64,000 bases of DNA, taken from Cycas panzhihuaensis (taxonomy: Eukaryota; Plantae; Cycadophyta). Where the stretch lies: contig CM041465.1 of the NCBI GenBank assembly GCA_023213395.1, positions 74,531,741-74,595,740 on the forward strand, given 5' to 3'. Shown piece by piece: positions 40,171 to 54,300 of the stretch. Position numbers and translations under genes: made by a program. Below the pieces are notes generated by a model. The model did not search any database. It was not told the origin of the DNA and worked only from the letters and a program-made list of their open reading frames with translations. Every line of letters starts with the position of its first letter. Position 1 is the stretch's first letter.

Positions 40171-42943
40171 CTCTTAGCTAAAGTTTAAAAACTATAGATA
40201 AAGTAAGGTTTTCAAAGGTTTGATTTTGAAAATTAACCCAAGAGGTGATGTTTAAAGTTTTTCCCAAGGTTTTACAAGTGTCCTAGTCCCTAATAAGGCT
40301 TCTAGGCTCTAAGTCCAAGGGTCTCTAAGAGAACCTTTAGTTGTTATTTTGTCTAGTGGTGCCTGCCTACAAGTGGCAAAATAAGGGCCCAATATATTGG
40401 TACATGAGCTCTAAGATGGATATACTTCAGTATGCAAGCTACTACAAAGGTTGTTATACCCCCCCTAAATTGTTGGTCCACCTATATTGAACTTATGCCT
40501 AGTGATAGATCTAGCAGTGAAGGTTTAACTAACCAAGGCATTCACCCTCTCCAAGTCTAGCCTTGGTCTCTAAACTCTAATAAAGACAAGTTCTCCACCT
40601 CAACTTACTACTTAATACACCTTATAGCCAATAAATTTTCTCATCCAATATGAGTAATTTTCTCATCTCAAATAAAAATATAATACAAAACTTTATAAAG
40701 TCATAATGAGTACAAGTAAAACAATCAAGATATATTTCTTCTTTTAGTGAACCAAAAAATAAATTCTAGTATGCAATCTAATATTCTTGAATTAAGATAC
40801 TCTTGTAGAAGTAAGAAAATGTATGCACTTATCCAAAGCGATACACTTAAATAATAAAATCCTCAATATTTTGGAATGTATGAATGAACTTTAAAACAAA
40901 ATTAATAAATAGACCTCGTAACTATACTTTTGCAAATTTCAAGCTGAAGAAAGAATAAAGCTTTTGATAAACAATAAAGTAACTCATTGAATAATATGCC
41001 ACTTAATCTTGTAAGATAATAATATCATAAATTAAGTGCCAAATAGTTCCTTTATAAGGACAGAAACAACTAGGTGAATCTTGCAATTTTAAGAAGAAAC
41101 TATACTTGAAATAATCAGAAGTCCCAAGAAATAGTCTATATTTAAATGATAATATAAAAAATAAAATAAAAATAAAGGTAAATAGTACTTGTTTAATGTA
41201 TTGCTCTACTTAGACTTCTTATTCCTTATAAAAAATCAACAAATAACTCTAAGAAATAGATTAGTAGTAGATTATACTCAAGTAGAATTAATTTGAATGA
41301 AAAAAATTTCAAAAATATTACAAAATGAGCTTGTTTATGGATAAACTAGAGCCTTAGCTTGAGCAGATTTAAAGTCCTATAAAATGATGTCAAAACAAGA
41401 TGAGACTGATTCCATCACAAAGAGATCTGACATAACTTTCTGATGGTTCTTACAGTTTTGAAATTGGAGCTAAAATGATCAAGTTACTATGAAAACTGTG
41501 AACATACCTCTTGAAGGCTAGTTAAATAAGGACTAAAAAAAAGTGTTGACTTTAATTGATTCAAACATAGCTGAAATAGAGTCAAATTAGTTAATAGATG
41601 ATATCATCCTAAAGATCTCTGAAATATAGTTCCAACAAGATTAGTTTCACTGAAATTTGATACTCTAGGAGAAAGTTACACTAAAAAAAGAGAAAGGTCC
41701 TCTTTAAGTATTAATAAAATGAAATTTTTTAAAGAAAATTTGAATAAGACCCTTTAAGTACAAGAAGCATGGTCGCATGGAAATTAATAAATCCATCGGC
41801 TTAGTCCCAAGCAGGGGTTGTGGAACCCATGATTTATACAATATAATTAATATCCTTAAAATCAAAAGAAATAAAAAATAACTTATAAATTTTGACGTTC
41901 ACCCCTTAATAAGGCAAAATAGTATGGTCATGTGGCTTTAAGGAGGCTGGGGACTAAACTAAAGGGGATAACTCCTTTAAAATTGACATACTTTAATTGA
42001 TATTAAATAAAGTTAAATTTAATCAACTTTATAACAAATAAAATATTTAATCTTTATTAATTTTAAATGTCATTGAATGACAATAGAATAGAGATGTAAT
42101 TCAAGGAGAAAAATAATCAAAAATTGATTGAAACACTTCGATTTTTCATAGGGAGAGGGGGTGCCTCAATCCTCCACACAGATCGATCAAAGAACGAGAT
42201 TAATACATATGTTTTATATGTAAAAAGATAATGAAGGAAAATAGATGGTAAGCATGCAGAGGAACAACGATCATAGTGAGGTGAAACAACAATGAAAGAT
42301 CACTCAAATGGATCAATTAATGATAGTGAGAGGAGTGCCACTATAACATAAGTGATTCAAATAAAAAATTGATCAAAAAATTGAGATAAATGTATATAAT
42401 TTTTGTGTAAAATTGGTGTAATGAGAATGTATAAGGATGAGGAGGCACATGTGACTCAAACTCCCTACAGGAGGTACTATTTCTCACCAAATTTCAAAGG
42501 TAGCTAGGTATGCTAGATAGCAAGGCACTGGTGAAATTTCGTAGCAAACTGTTGCCTGTAGTCTCAAAATGAAGCACCAGAGTGAAATGCACCACAAATG
42601 GTAGGCTTCAGCTCTCAGAGAGATTTCTCCCAGTAGAAGCAATGAAATCACATGCAGTTTTTTTTTGTGGCTAGAGAACTCGATCATGATTAGAATGAAT
42701 AGTCATATGATACTATTATGATCAACATGCAAGCTGCAATCACGAGTTCTAAATCGACTATGTTTGGTTCCAAAATAGAAAAAAAAATTAAATATAAACA
42801 AATTTATATAATATTCTAAAGTTTTATAACATTAATGATTTAATATGATTCAATAAATCAAAATGACATGCACATACCAAAAATAATACTATAAAACTAT
42901 TGTGACTCTTTCAAACCCCAACTGAATTCACTTTGATATCAAA

Positions 42944-43309
42944 TATTAGCTTTGAGGTGTAGAGTAGGAGGATTACAAGTGAGTATAGATCATCTTTGAA
43001 GTGCAAATAATCTCTAAAATGTAAATTGCGGTGTTAGAAAACACCAGGGAGGTATTCCCCACCTATATATAGACAAATTTGGGGAGGCAGTAAGCACCTC
43101 AACTTGACCAATGTTTAAAATTCAAAAAATATTAAAATAATATACAAATAATTGAATATCTTACCTAAGGTGGTTGTGACAGCTCTTTGTTAGCTACAAG
43201 TATCTATTTGATGATGTTAGGTAGCCTAATATGACCTAAGCAGGCTCAAGGTGGCATTGAGAGGCTTAAGGTACTCATGTGTACTTACTCTTTAGGCATT
43301 ATCCCAATA
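42944..43309 (-). repeat. 5' LTR of element C (366 bp)
   Basis: Matches 35620-35984; adjacent decayed PBS. Confidence 0.9.
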
Positions 43310-44799
43310 AAAACATTACAATATCTTTAAATTATATCTCCAAATTTTAGCAGAATGATAATCAAGTTTGTCTTTGCAAGTGAACTTCACCACTTAAAAC
43401 TTGAAAATAATTCATTTCCTTGAAAGTAAATGTTTCCACCTAGAATACCTATAACAAAAATAAACATAGCATTACTTTGCTGATGTCCATATAAAACTAC
43501 AACTATCTACCAAATTGCATGGATAGCCAATTACTACAACTACTACTTATTTGGGATGAATTTCAAATGCGTGGTTCATTAGCTCCATTAAAAATAACAT
43601 ACTTTAAAAACAAGTTGAATTACTTGGCCAAATAAGTACATTGTAGGAAAAACAGCTCTAAAGCTAGTCTTACCTCTTATACTACATGATAACAAGCCTA
43701 ACACCTTTATTGCTACATCTAGCCATCAATACATCAATAAGCTTGTTAACAATCAATAAGGGCTTCTTTAGTTTAAAACAAAACCATCAAATAAAAATCT
43801 AACAGTCATCGTACTCTTTATTCCATTCATTTTGTATTTTTCACTACCAAACTAGGTTCTCATGCACTTAAAATGAGTTATTTTTTATTTCTGAATATAT
43901 ATATATATATATATATATAGAAAACATTGTTCAACATCTAATAGTGTTTTGGAACCTTCAAATCATAAAATCAAGTGAAAATATGGTTTAAATGTTTCTA
44001 AAAATGGACTTGCAAAACTATTAATTTTCCACTTCATCATCTTAAATGATTGAAATTTGCATAAAAATAAATTAGAAGGGGTTCATAGAACCAATCCTTT
44101 TGAAGGTATGGAAATCATCTTTCCAATGGTTCAAGCAATTTTGAATTTGAATTATATAAGTGAAAGTTATAATTAAAAATATGATAGTATGCCATGTAAA
44201 ATTGAATTGAAACTAAAAAATTAGTTTACTTCATTTTTTATTTAGAGGTTAGTCACATGAATTTTTCTCATATAATTACCTATTTAGTAATTAGGGGCTT
44301 CATAGTAGATCTCAAAGGACTATTCAATTTAGTTTAATTAAGCTTAACCTTTGTAAAAAAATAAATAAAATCAAAAATATTATATGAACTATATATGATT
44401 TGTATTAGCAGTAGTGATGATAATTTGACCTCCTTGAGGGAATTTGAAGACTGAAAAAGATATAAAGAAAAAATATAAGCTAACAGGTGCTCAAATTTCA
44501 CATAAAAAGAGTCTTAAGCTTCTTAAACATGAAAATAACTAATTTCAATAGAGAAAATCATCATTGATGCTTGAGGGATGCCATAAGGTTCCATTAGCAA
44601 ATCTTGATAGCCCATGAGGTTACTTGCAATCATTTTGATTAGATTAAGAGCTTTAGCTCTCTACTACAACACCTAAATAATGTCATGGTCAATGGGGAGA
44701 CATCAATACTAATAGAAAAAATATGAAATTGTAGTAGACCTTGTGTTACCACCTCCTTCAAACATGGCTTCAAATTAGCAAGTTTTTAAGTGCGAAAAA

Positions 44800-47040
44800 T
44801 ATATATTCAATAAGTAGTAAAAGATCATAAATATTAGAAGAAAATCATTGAACAAATCTTTCAATGAGGTGATTCAACTTATTGTCAAAACATATCATGT
44901 ATGATTACAAAAGGGGAGAGAACTTATACAAGTAGGTATGCAATCATTAAAATATTTCCTACCCTTTGATATTTTTGCCAATTATTCAAATACATAACCA
45001 GTTCTTAATTTTAGTTAATGGCTAAATATTATAGTTAATTAATGGAGTTACAAGTGGTGCAACAAGTCCCCCCCTCCTCCCCACCTCTTTGATATGCTTT
45101 ACCCTCCAAGCATGGAAAGGTAAGAAAACTTCTAAAGGTTGTCTTCATCTTCCTAAATATTGTCTTTGAGTGTAAGTAATTGCCATTTGATTAGATACTT
45201 ATTAATTCTCCTCCTTCACAAATGTTTACTATAAGTGTTAAGAATCCTTTTGGATTTAAAACAATCTAGACTTCTTCAAGTACGTTAATTCTATTTGTGC
45301 CACAACTTGGGAGCCAATATTAGGCTTGAGGGTGGAAATATGAAAGACATTATGAATTCAGGCACCTAACATATCCAAAGCATAGATGATAGAACCAACT
45401 CATTGCAAAATTTGGAATGGTTAATAGAACTAAGGAGCAAGCTTTTATTTCACAAAGGACTTAAGTGATGATTGTTTATAAGGTTGTAACTAAACAAAGA
45501 TCAAATTACTAAGATTGAATTCTCTTTCAGAGCAATGGTTGTTAGTTTTTTGTTTAATATGATTTTGAGCTAATTGGAGATTATCTTTGAGACCCTATAG
45601 AAGATCTAAAGTTTGTTGTTGGATTTGTCCAACTATTAGTGTCTTGGATATTTTTTGGAAGGAGGAATTAATATCTAGTAGTGGGTAACTATAAAGTGCC
45701 TAAAAGGGGGATATCTTGATTATTGAATGGTATGAAGTATTATACCAATACTCAACCAAGTGTACCCAGCACACCCATTAATATTTCTTATATCCTATCA
45801 AGCAACATAAATATCTCTCAAAACATTTGTTAATGGTCTTGGTTTGGCCATTTGTTTTTAGGTGGTAGTTATGCTCATATGTGATTAGGTGACTACTAGT
45901 TGAAACAATTTAGACCAAAATTTACTTATAAACTATGGATCTCAGTCATTGATAATTGTTTGAGGGAACCCATAGAAATGATGGATTGACTTCATGAATA
46001 AGTTGGCAACTTAAGGTGTATTTATTGCGCTTTGTAGTGTAATGAAATATACATATTTTCTTAGGCTATAAATTATGACCAAAATAACATCTTTACTCGA
46101 GATTTTAATAGCCCTATAATAAAATCAATACTGATATCTATCCATTTGTGATTCAAAATTACTAGTGGTTGAAATGGACCAAGAGTTTTTATTGTTTTCA
46201 CCTTTAGTCATTGGTAAACATCACAAGAAGCAATGAAGTTTTATATATTACAATTTTGCCCTAGCCTATAAAATGGTATTCTTATATAATCACATGTTTT
46301 ATTAAAACCAAAATGTTTAAAAGATGGGGAAACATGTCCTTCCTTGAGTACGGTCTTTTTTAGTGCCAAAGATTTAAGTGAGTAGATTTGATCTTTATAT
46401 AGCAATGTATGTCCATGCAGTGGCTAATGTGATAGAAGATTGCCTTGGTAGCAATCTTGTGACTTGTCTTTGGTTACCAAGTCACAATCATATTTAGAAT
46501 GGAGTTGGTCAATCCATACAAATAATGTTGTGGAAATTATATTACATGATTCCTATTCATATTTTCTAGATAAGTTATCAGCCACAGTGCTATCTTTACC
46601 CCTCTTATATACAATATCAAAATCAAAATCTTGAATTTTTGTAAGCCATTTTTGTTGTATTTCAAATAAAATAGGTTGTTGAAGGAGATATTTGAGATTG
46701 TGGTAGTTGATACACATTGTAAATTTCCTATTAAAGAGGTATTGGTGCTATGTTACCAAGGCATAGAGAATGGCCATCATATTTTTATTACAAGTTGAGT
46801 AGGTTTGATCTCGAAGATTGATTTTTTTGCTTTTAAATGCCATGAGCCATTTGTCTTATATGAGAACAACACTAATCCTAGATCTAGATGCATCACAATA
46901 TAGTTTGAATGGTTTGGAAAAATTAGTCATTGCTAATACAGGAGATAAGTGATGATCATTTTTAGTCATGAAAAAGCCTATTCAATGAGATCCAACCAAT
47001 GAAACAATTTTTTTTTACAAATAACAATGAGTGGGGTGAG
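44800..47040 (-). mobile_element. pol: 5'-truncated Ty3/gypsy chromovirus (RNase H-integrase-chromodomain, PPT, 3' LTR)
   Basis: FSKPFKLYCDAS, QQKWLTKIQDFDFDIVYKRGKD, IHNVFHISTLK, KYLIKW...EDE; G-rich PPT at 45068-45082; LTR starts TGTTG at 45064. Confidence 0.8.
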
Positions 47041-48209
47041 AAGGGACAAGTAGTGCCTATTGACCTTTTCCACCCCCAAAAAATATTTCATTAGAATGTG
47101 GTCTACAAGGTGTTCATTGATTTAACACAAGAGCTAAAGATCAACAACCAAATATTTAGCACTCTAATATGCTCACTAACTTATAAAATGAATGAATAAG
47201 CTAATATGTATTATTTATATGGAAAAATGGTTAGTTATAAAGCTCATTTGTGAACATTTTTTTAATTTACTTGGAAGGCTAAAAACATAATAAATACAAA
47301 AGAGAGAAAGGAACAAAATAAAATATTTCAAACCACCATCATTTCAAGCCTCTGAAGATTAATGTATTGTTGCAATCAATGAATACCATTAGAGCTAAGT
47401 TGGTTTAGTCAAACTACAACATTGAATTCTTGATAATATAAGGAAATTAACATTGACTAGACTAAATAAAATCCTCTAAATCACCAAAATAAATTTCCTG
47501 ACAAGTGTGAATAATAAAACACCAAATAGACCAAATGTAAATCTTTTAATTTATTAAGAAAATAGAATTTTACTATAAAAACATATCATACCCTGTTCAA
47601 TATGTAAATAATAATTTGTGCAAACCCTTGTTTTCCCTTGATTTATTATATAAGTCTATCTTGGGAGATAATATGATGTATGATAGTTTCAAACCAAAGA
47701 AAAGAAAAATTAGAAGAGAATAATGAGATACATTTACAGAGAAAAATCTCTAAAACTAATAGGGTTGAGAAGAATATTAGAGCCTCAATTATAAACTGGG
47801 TAGACCAAGTGTTCAACCTCAAAATCCCTACTCTTTCATTCTACCATCTTTTATCTAGTTTGGAATTTGTAATAATTGAGATATTTAAAATGATATTTTT
47901 GTAAATCTAGTAACTACAAAATATAAAATACCCATGTTGTTGTTTGTTTAGTGCCACATCTACTTTGACTTAAGAATGGTGAGTTTAGTTCATTTTTTTG
48001 ATATAATGCCCTAATATCTACTACGTCTATTTAGTTCTATTTTTTCTATCTTTTAGGACTTAAAATTTGTCATTTATTATTGTTCTTTCTAATTTGGGCA
48101 ACACTTGTGTAAATATCACATTATCTTTTCTAGGGTATAATTACATCAACATAATGTTTAATTAAATCATCTAAAAAATTTAAAATGAAAGTTATATAAA
48201 CCCCACTCA

Positions 48210-48985
48210 CTGTGAATCCAATTGTTTTAATTTGATTAGATGGTGGAATTTACTCCAAAGTGTTGCATCTTTAAGCTCCTAGGTCATTCATTATTGCTTG
48301 ATGTTGAAAACTATTTGTGAAAATGTCTATAAATGGCTTTAAAATGACCTTTCTATGAAGTCTTTGATACTTTCTTCACATTTTGAAGACATGGAGTCAA
48401 GTGTTCCCATGCCAAATAGAGCTTTGTGAAAATTCAAGGAGATACACTATTTAAAACACCTTATGATGGGCCCTACAAAATATACAATTACCAAAGACTT
48501 TATATCCTCAAATCTCTTGATTTATACATTTTTGAACCATCAAAATTTCAAGCCCTTTCTATTTAGTTACTTGAAAAAAGGCTTCAAGTATTAATGATAA
48601 TAAATATCTAAGGATACAGTGCATCCACTTCAAAAAAGTCCCATGTATCCTTCTTTGTGTTATAACACTTAAGAGGGACATCTAAAATGCAAAAGGCTAA
48701 CTTATCAGTAGGATCTATCATCACTTCAAAAAGGTCTTACCAGGAACCACTTTTGTTGTCAAAATTATTTTTTACTAAATGTTCTTATGACCTAGGAAGA
48801 TTCCTTCTACAAACAAGCTCATCATGGTGAACATGGTTAATTACATAGTTCACATCCTTGGAAATAGAATATAGATCAAAATCCAACTTGCCATAATAAA
48901 ATGTTGGAGAATACCCAATAAAATACATGTCCCATCAAAGAAAAATATGTTTAGAGGCCAATATGATGTGATGTTTAATCAACAC
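48210..48985 (-). pseudogene. Decayed reading frame of unknown family
   Basis: 125 codons (48985-48611) with only three stops, all explicable by C-to-T; preceded by an AG; no retroelement motif. Confidence 0.4.
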
Positions 48986-49626
48986 CTATATGTCTAGATT
49001 CATAAATGCTTTCTAACCTCTTCTCTATACATCATATAATAAATTTCATAAATCTATAAGCCATTAAGTGAAATAAGCATTTTATTTCCTTCATTTATAA
49101 ACATGTAGGAGAAAACAAGACAAAACCTTTGTATTTACATGTTTAGAGTTAAACACCTATGTTTGTTTGTTCACCATAAATTTTGTAAAAATACATGAAA
49201 ACTAGCCTTTATAATAATCCATCATATTTCATGGCCATGGAGTTGAGTGGCTCTTTATTTCATTCTCTTTATAATACTTCCTGATAATCTTGTAATTGAA
49301 TGCATGAGTGTATAGACCCATCTTCACACTTGCACAAATGTGGAACACATAATACTTAACCCTTTATAACACCTTATGATTTTGGAGATGGACAAGCCAA
49401 CACTTGTATTACTAGATTGACTTGTGAAATGGCAAGACATTAACTATATGAATAACTTAGCTCCATCTAAGGCACAAACTTCTCAAGGTTAGATATTTTT
49501 CATTATAAAATCACCAATCTGATGTATCATTCTTTAGACTAAACTCTATAAATAATGTCTCCACTTGACACATTTTTCTAATTACGTACATCAGCTACCA
49601 TTACATATATATGCTACATTTACATT

Positions 49627-49831
49627 TGTTAGAATTATAAGAATAAAAGAATAAGTTACTTTAATCCCATTACATTAATAAGAAATAAATACCCTCATAT
49701 AAATACATATAATATATATAAATGAGTTTACGCATGGAGGACAAATGTCAAGACAGAATGAAAGAGAGGTTGGACACATAACCCTTAATTTGATATTAGA
49801 TAATAAAAGATAAAATATTACTACTCTAACA
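49627..49831 (-). repeat. 3' LTR of element D
   Basis: TGTTAG...CTAACA; matches 59479-59683. Confidence 0.88.
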
Positions 49832-51357
49832 CCTTCTCTTAATGTTTTCTCTTTTATTTTTGGTACCAAGCATCTTTTTGAAATATTAAAACTTATCCTT
49901 TGAAAGAGACTTTGTGAATATGTCTACAAGTTGTTCTCTACTAATATAGTATTATAGATCTATCTATTTTTCTTGTACTTTTTCTCTGATAAAATGATTA
50001 TGTACTTTAGTGTGTTTTATTGTGGTATGAATTACATAACTCTTAGTCAATTTTATAACACTTTGGTTATCGCAAAAGATGCAGGTAGTTTGATTTTGTT
50101 CTTATTTTAAATCTTTAAGAAATTATCTTATTCACACTAGTCTACATGTGACACTTACAACTACCTTGTATTCTATTTATGTCAATGATAAAGCTACAAT
50201 GGATTAATTTTGTTACTCCATGATGTAACAATATACCCAAGAGTAAAATAGTATCTAGATGTGGACTTTATCTTTAGTCGATCTTTAGCCCAATTTGAAT
50301 CACTATAACATGTTAACTTAAAGTTTAATACTTTCATGTAGCAATGCCCAAGTTTTGATGTTCCATTAATATAACTCAAAACTTTTTTAATAGCATTCCA
50401 ATGAGAAATTTTTAGAGAATGTATATACCTAGAGATTATTCCAATTGAGTATGAAATGTTAGGCCTAGTGGCTATAAGATAAATAAGTCTATATAGTAGT
50501 TGTCTATACAAGGTTTCATCAACCTTTTATTCTCCTTTGTCATATATACCCTCATTCCATTAGAGTTATATAGGTATTGCAATCTTTCATTTTGAATTTT
50601 TAAGAAGATTCTTTATATATTTTGTTTGTGACACAAATATAGAATCTTCTCTTTGATCTATTTCAATACCAAGATAGTAATGAAGTAATCACATGTCCAT
50701 CATTTCAAACATAATTTCCATCTAAGCTTTTACTTAGTATATTGTGCTATTATCATTTATAGAAACTATCATATCATTTATATAGAACACTATAATGGTG
50801 ATTAGACCACTTTTGTTTATTTTGACATAGAGGTTAGGATCAAATTCATATCAACTAAAGTCTTCTTGTTTGAGATGTTGATCCAACTTTGCATACTAGG
50901 CCCTAGATGCCTATTTTAATTAATACAAAGCCTTTTTGAGTCTATAGACAAGATGTTCTTTACCTCTCTATGTATCTAGAGGGTTATTCCATATACACTT
51001 CTTCATTTAGGTTACTATTTAGAAAGGAATTTTTTACATCAAGTTGTATGATGTTTCATCTAAATTATGCTACCATGGTAATCATTATTCTTATAATTAT
51101 TAATTTTACTACTAGAGAGAAGGTTTCTTCATAGTCTATTCCTACAATCTGAGCGTACCCTTTTTCTACAAGCATGACCTTATGTTTTTCAATAGTGCCA
51201 TCAGATTTTTCTTTAACTTTATATACCCATTTACATCCAATAATGGGTTTATCATTAGGTGCAACAACTAATTCTTAGGTTCTATTTTTGTTTATAGCAT
51301 TGATCTCTACATCCATGGCTTTTGACCACTCTAAATGAATGCATGCCTTTGCATAGT

Positions 51358-54300
51358 TGTCAAAGTTAATATTTTATGTTATAATTTTATGTAAGTATTA
51401 AGTGTTAGTATTAACTAGGCATACTAACTTTGTCCTCTTTCTTAAAAGTTATACACCTGTTAGTAGTAGGATTGTGTGCTGTCATATGGCTCTACCTTAT
51501 TGAGTCTCTATAGCTTATGAATGTGTATAACTACGGATGTAATTCATCTCTTATGATATAGTGAAGAACTCCTCTAAAGCATAATATTGTCTAAGTAACT
51601 TTTTTATCTTCAGGTTTCTACATGGTATCAGAGTAGCCCAGAAGAGACCAAGCTTTGAAAGCTTTATGGTACTACATAGACTAAACCTGAAGGGACCACT
51701 TATGGAGGCTTTAGTTAGTGTAAGGTGAAGACGTTTGGTGACTTATAAAATCCATACAAGAGTATACAAAACCATATAGATGAAATCTTTTAAAGGTACT
51801 TAGATTTAAATGAAACATTCTTAGTTTATTCACCCCATCAAGAGGAGCATTTTCTTCTTCTGGATTGACTCCAAATTAGAACTCCATCACTAAGAAAACC
51901 AATAAATAGAAAAGTATGGGTGTATATCTTCTTATGTTCATTTCTCTTCATCTGATATCTCATTCTCTAAAATACTACTAGCAATCTCATCTCCTTGAAG
52001 AGAGCTTTATTTCAAGTATAGATTTGATGAGTTTTATTTGAGATTATGAAAAACGTTAGTGTTTTTCTCTCTAAAACCCTAGTTTCCCCACAATCTTCTA
52101 AAGAAATTTTCTTTCATCTCAAATCTTAGATCAAAAAATTGACTTTAGATCTAGATAGGTGACTGAAAAAGCTTTCTCTTAATTATTTTTTTAAATTTTT
52201 TTATTGTACTTGGTTTTTCACACAACCATCAAGCCATTTGAATCTGTATGGTATCTATAGAGTGTTCCTTTTTTATTTATCTATTTTAGGCTCCAAATCC
52301 CCAATGGCTTCCATCTTCTCACTTACTGACTTTGAAAAGTTGATTAAAGAAAATTACTCTACATGGAAAATCAAGATGAAGAACATTCTATTAATAAAAA
52401 ATACTTAGAATATCATTACAAGAGTTTAAGCTAATCGTGGTCAAGCTAATCCAGTTAAGCTAGCTAGATAAGAATACTGAGATCATTATGCTCTTACATA
52501 CATCACATTATCTATAGTAAATTCATTACTAATACACATAAGTAAAGCCTCTACTACTGCATAAGCCTGGAGGAGCTTAGAATCACTCTTTCATCCGAGG
52601 AATGAAACTAGAAGTATATCCTTAAGAGAACAACTCTATAGAGTCCATCTAAGGGAAGGATAAGAAGTGAATAATTTCATACCCAAAATTATAGAATTCA
52701 AGGAAAGTCTTAGTTCTACAGGGGAACTAGAGCTAGATATGAATCTAATCTAACTCATCCTCCACAAATCACTAAGATCTTTCAAAACTCTAGTGAACAC
52801 TCTCTTTGCAAGTGAGGACCCTATACATATATCATTTGATACTTTATGCAGCCATCTTCTTTAGCAAGAATAAAGAAATAGAAGATATAAAGAAGAAGAA
52901 GAACTAGAGGAAGCCTTTGTATCTAAACTAAGGATTAAAGGCAAAGGGTTTTCATGAAGCGTGTCTAGAGTATAGGCAAGATCTGTAAGAGGGAGAATTG
53001 AAGATTCAAGATTATGCTACTATTATGGAAGGCTTGGTTACCTTAATAGATATTATTATTATAAGAGGGGTAATATTACTTGAGAAAAGGGACCCTTTAG
53101 AAACTATAACAAGAAAACCCTAAAAGAAGATGAAGAAGAAAACATTTCATTTATAATTTCTTTGGCCTCCATCATCAAATCTTGTAAAGGGTGGTTCATT
53201 GACTTAGGAGCTACTCGAGACATGACCTCTAAAAAAGACTAGTTCTTAACCTTACACCCACATATTCTCAGTGATACTATTGAACAAGGAGTTGATTTGA
53301 CACTCAACATAGAAGATGAGGGCACCATTGTTGTGAAGATAAAAAATAAAGAAAAGATTATTGGAGATGTTCTGTTGGTTCTTGACTTAAAAAAGAATCT
53401 CTTATCAATATTACAACTAACAAAGACGAAAAAATTGCTTGCAATTTTTTATGGTGATATATGTTACATTCTTAACAAGAAAGATAATTATCATGTAAGT
53501 GTTGAAAGTGTGGAACATAACAAGTTAGACACCAAATCTCTAATCCAACATGTTCCTTTGGCTATAAATATTATTAAGACTTTTGATAATAATAGTAAGA
53601 TATGGCATTCTCAGTATGGGCATATTGCCAACAATAGATTAGAAACACTTTAAAATTTTAATATGGTAATTGGCTTGCCTAATATTTCATTAGAAATAAA
53701 TGTATGTGAAGGATGTCTATTAAAGAAGCTACATAGAGCTAAATTCTGAGAATCTTCTTGGAGAGCCCAGAAACATTTGGAGTTGATTCACAATGATCTA
53801 TGTGGACCCATTTTTCCTATTTCAGTAAATGGTGCTAAGCACTTTCTTATTTTCATTGATGATTATAATAGGAAAATATGGGTATATTTCATTAAAACGA
53901 AATCTGAAGCATTTGATATTTTCAAGGAATTCAAGGCACATATAGAAGTAGAAAGTGAAGAAAGAGTAAAAATTTTGAACACTAATAAGGGAGGGGAATA
54001 TAGCTCCAATAATTTCTACAAATATTACAGAGCCTATGGAATTCATAGGCAACTCACAACAACATACATCCATTATTCCAATAAGGTAGTTGAAAGAATG
54101 AATAGGTTAATATCTAAGATGGCTAAGTGCATGCTAAAGGAAAGAGGGATTTCAAACATCTATTGGGATGAAGTAGTTAACATTGTTATTTACCTCATTA
54201 ATAAAAGTCCCATTAGGGCATTAAACAACGCCACACCTAAAGAAGCATGGACATGAAGGAAGCTAGATATAAACCACCTGAAGGCTTTTTAGTATATTAT

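Larger units (their letters stand above)
35620..43309 (-). mobile_element. Degenerate full-length Ty1/copia element (element C, related to element 1)
   Basis: LTRs 35620-35984 and 42944-43309; TSD GAAAC/AAAAC; decayed Met PBS at 42930-42941; PPT at 35985-35991. Confidence 0.9.
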
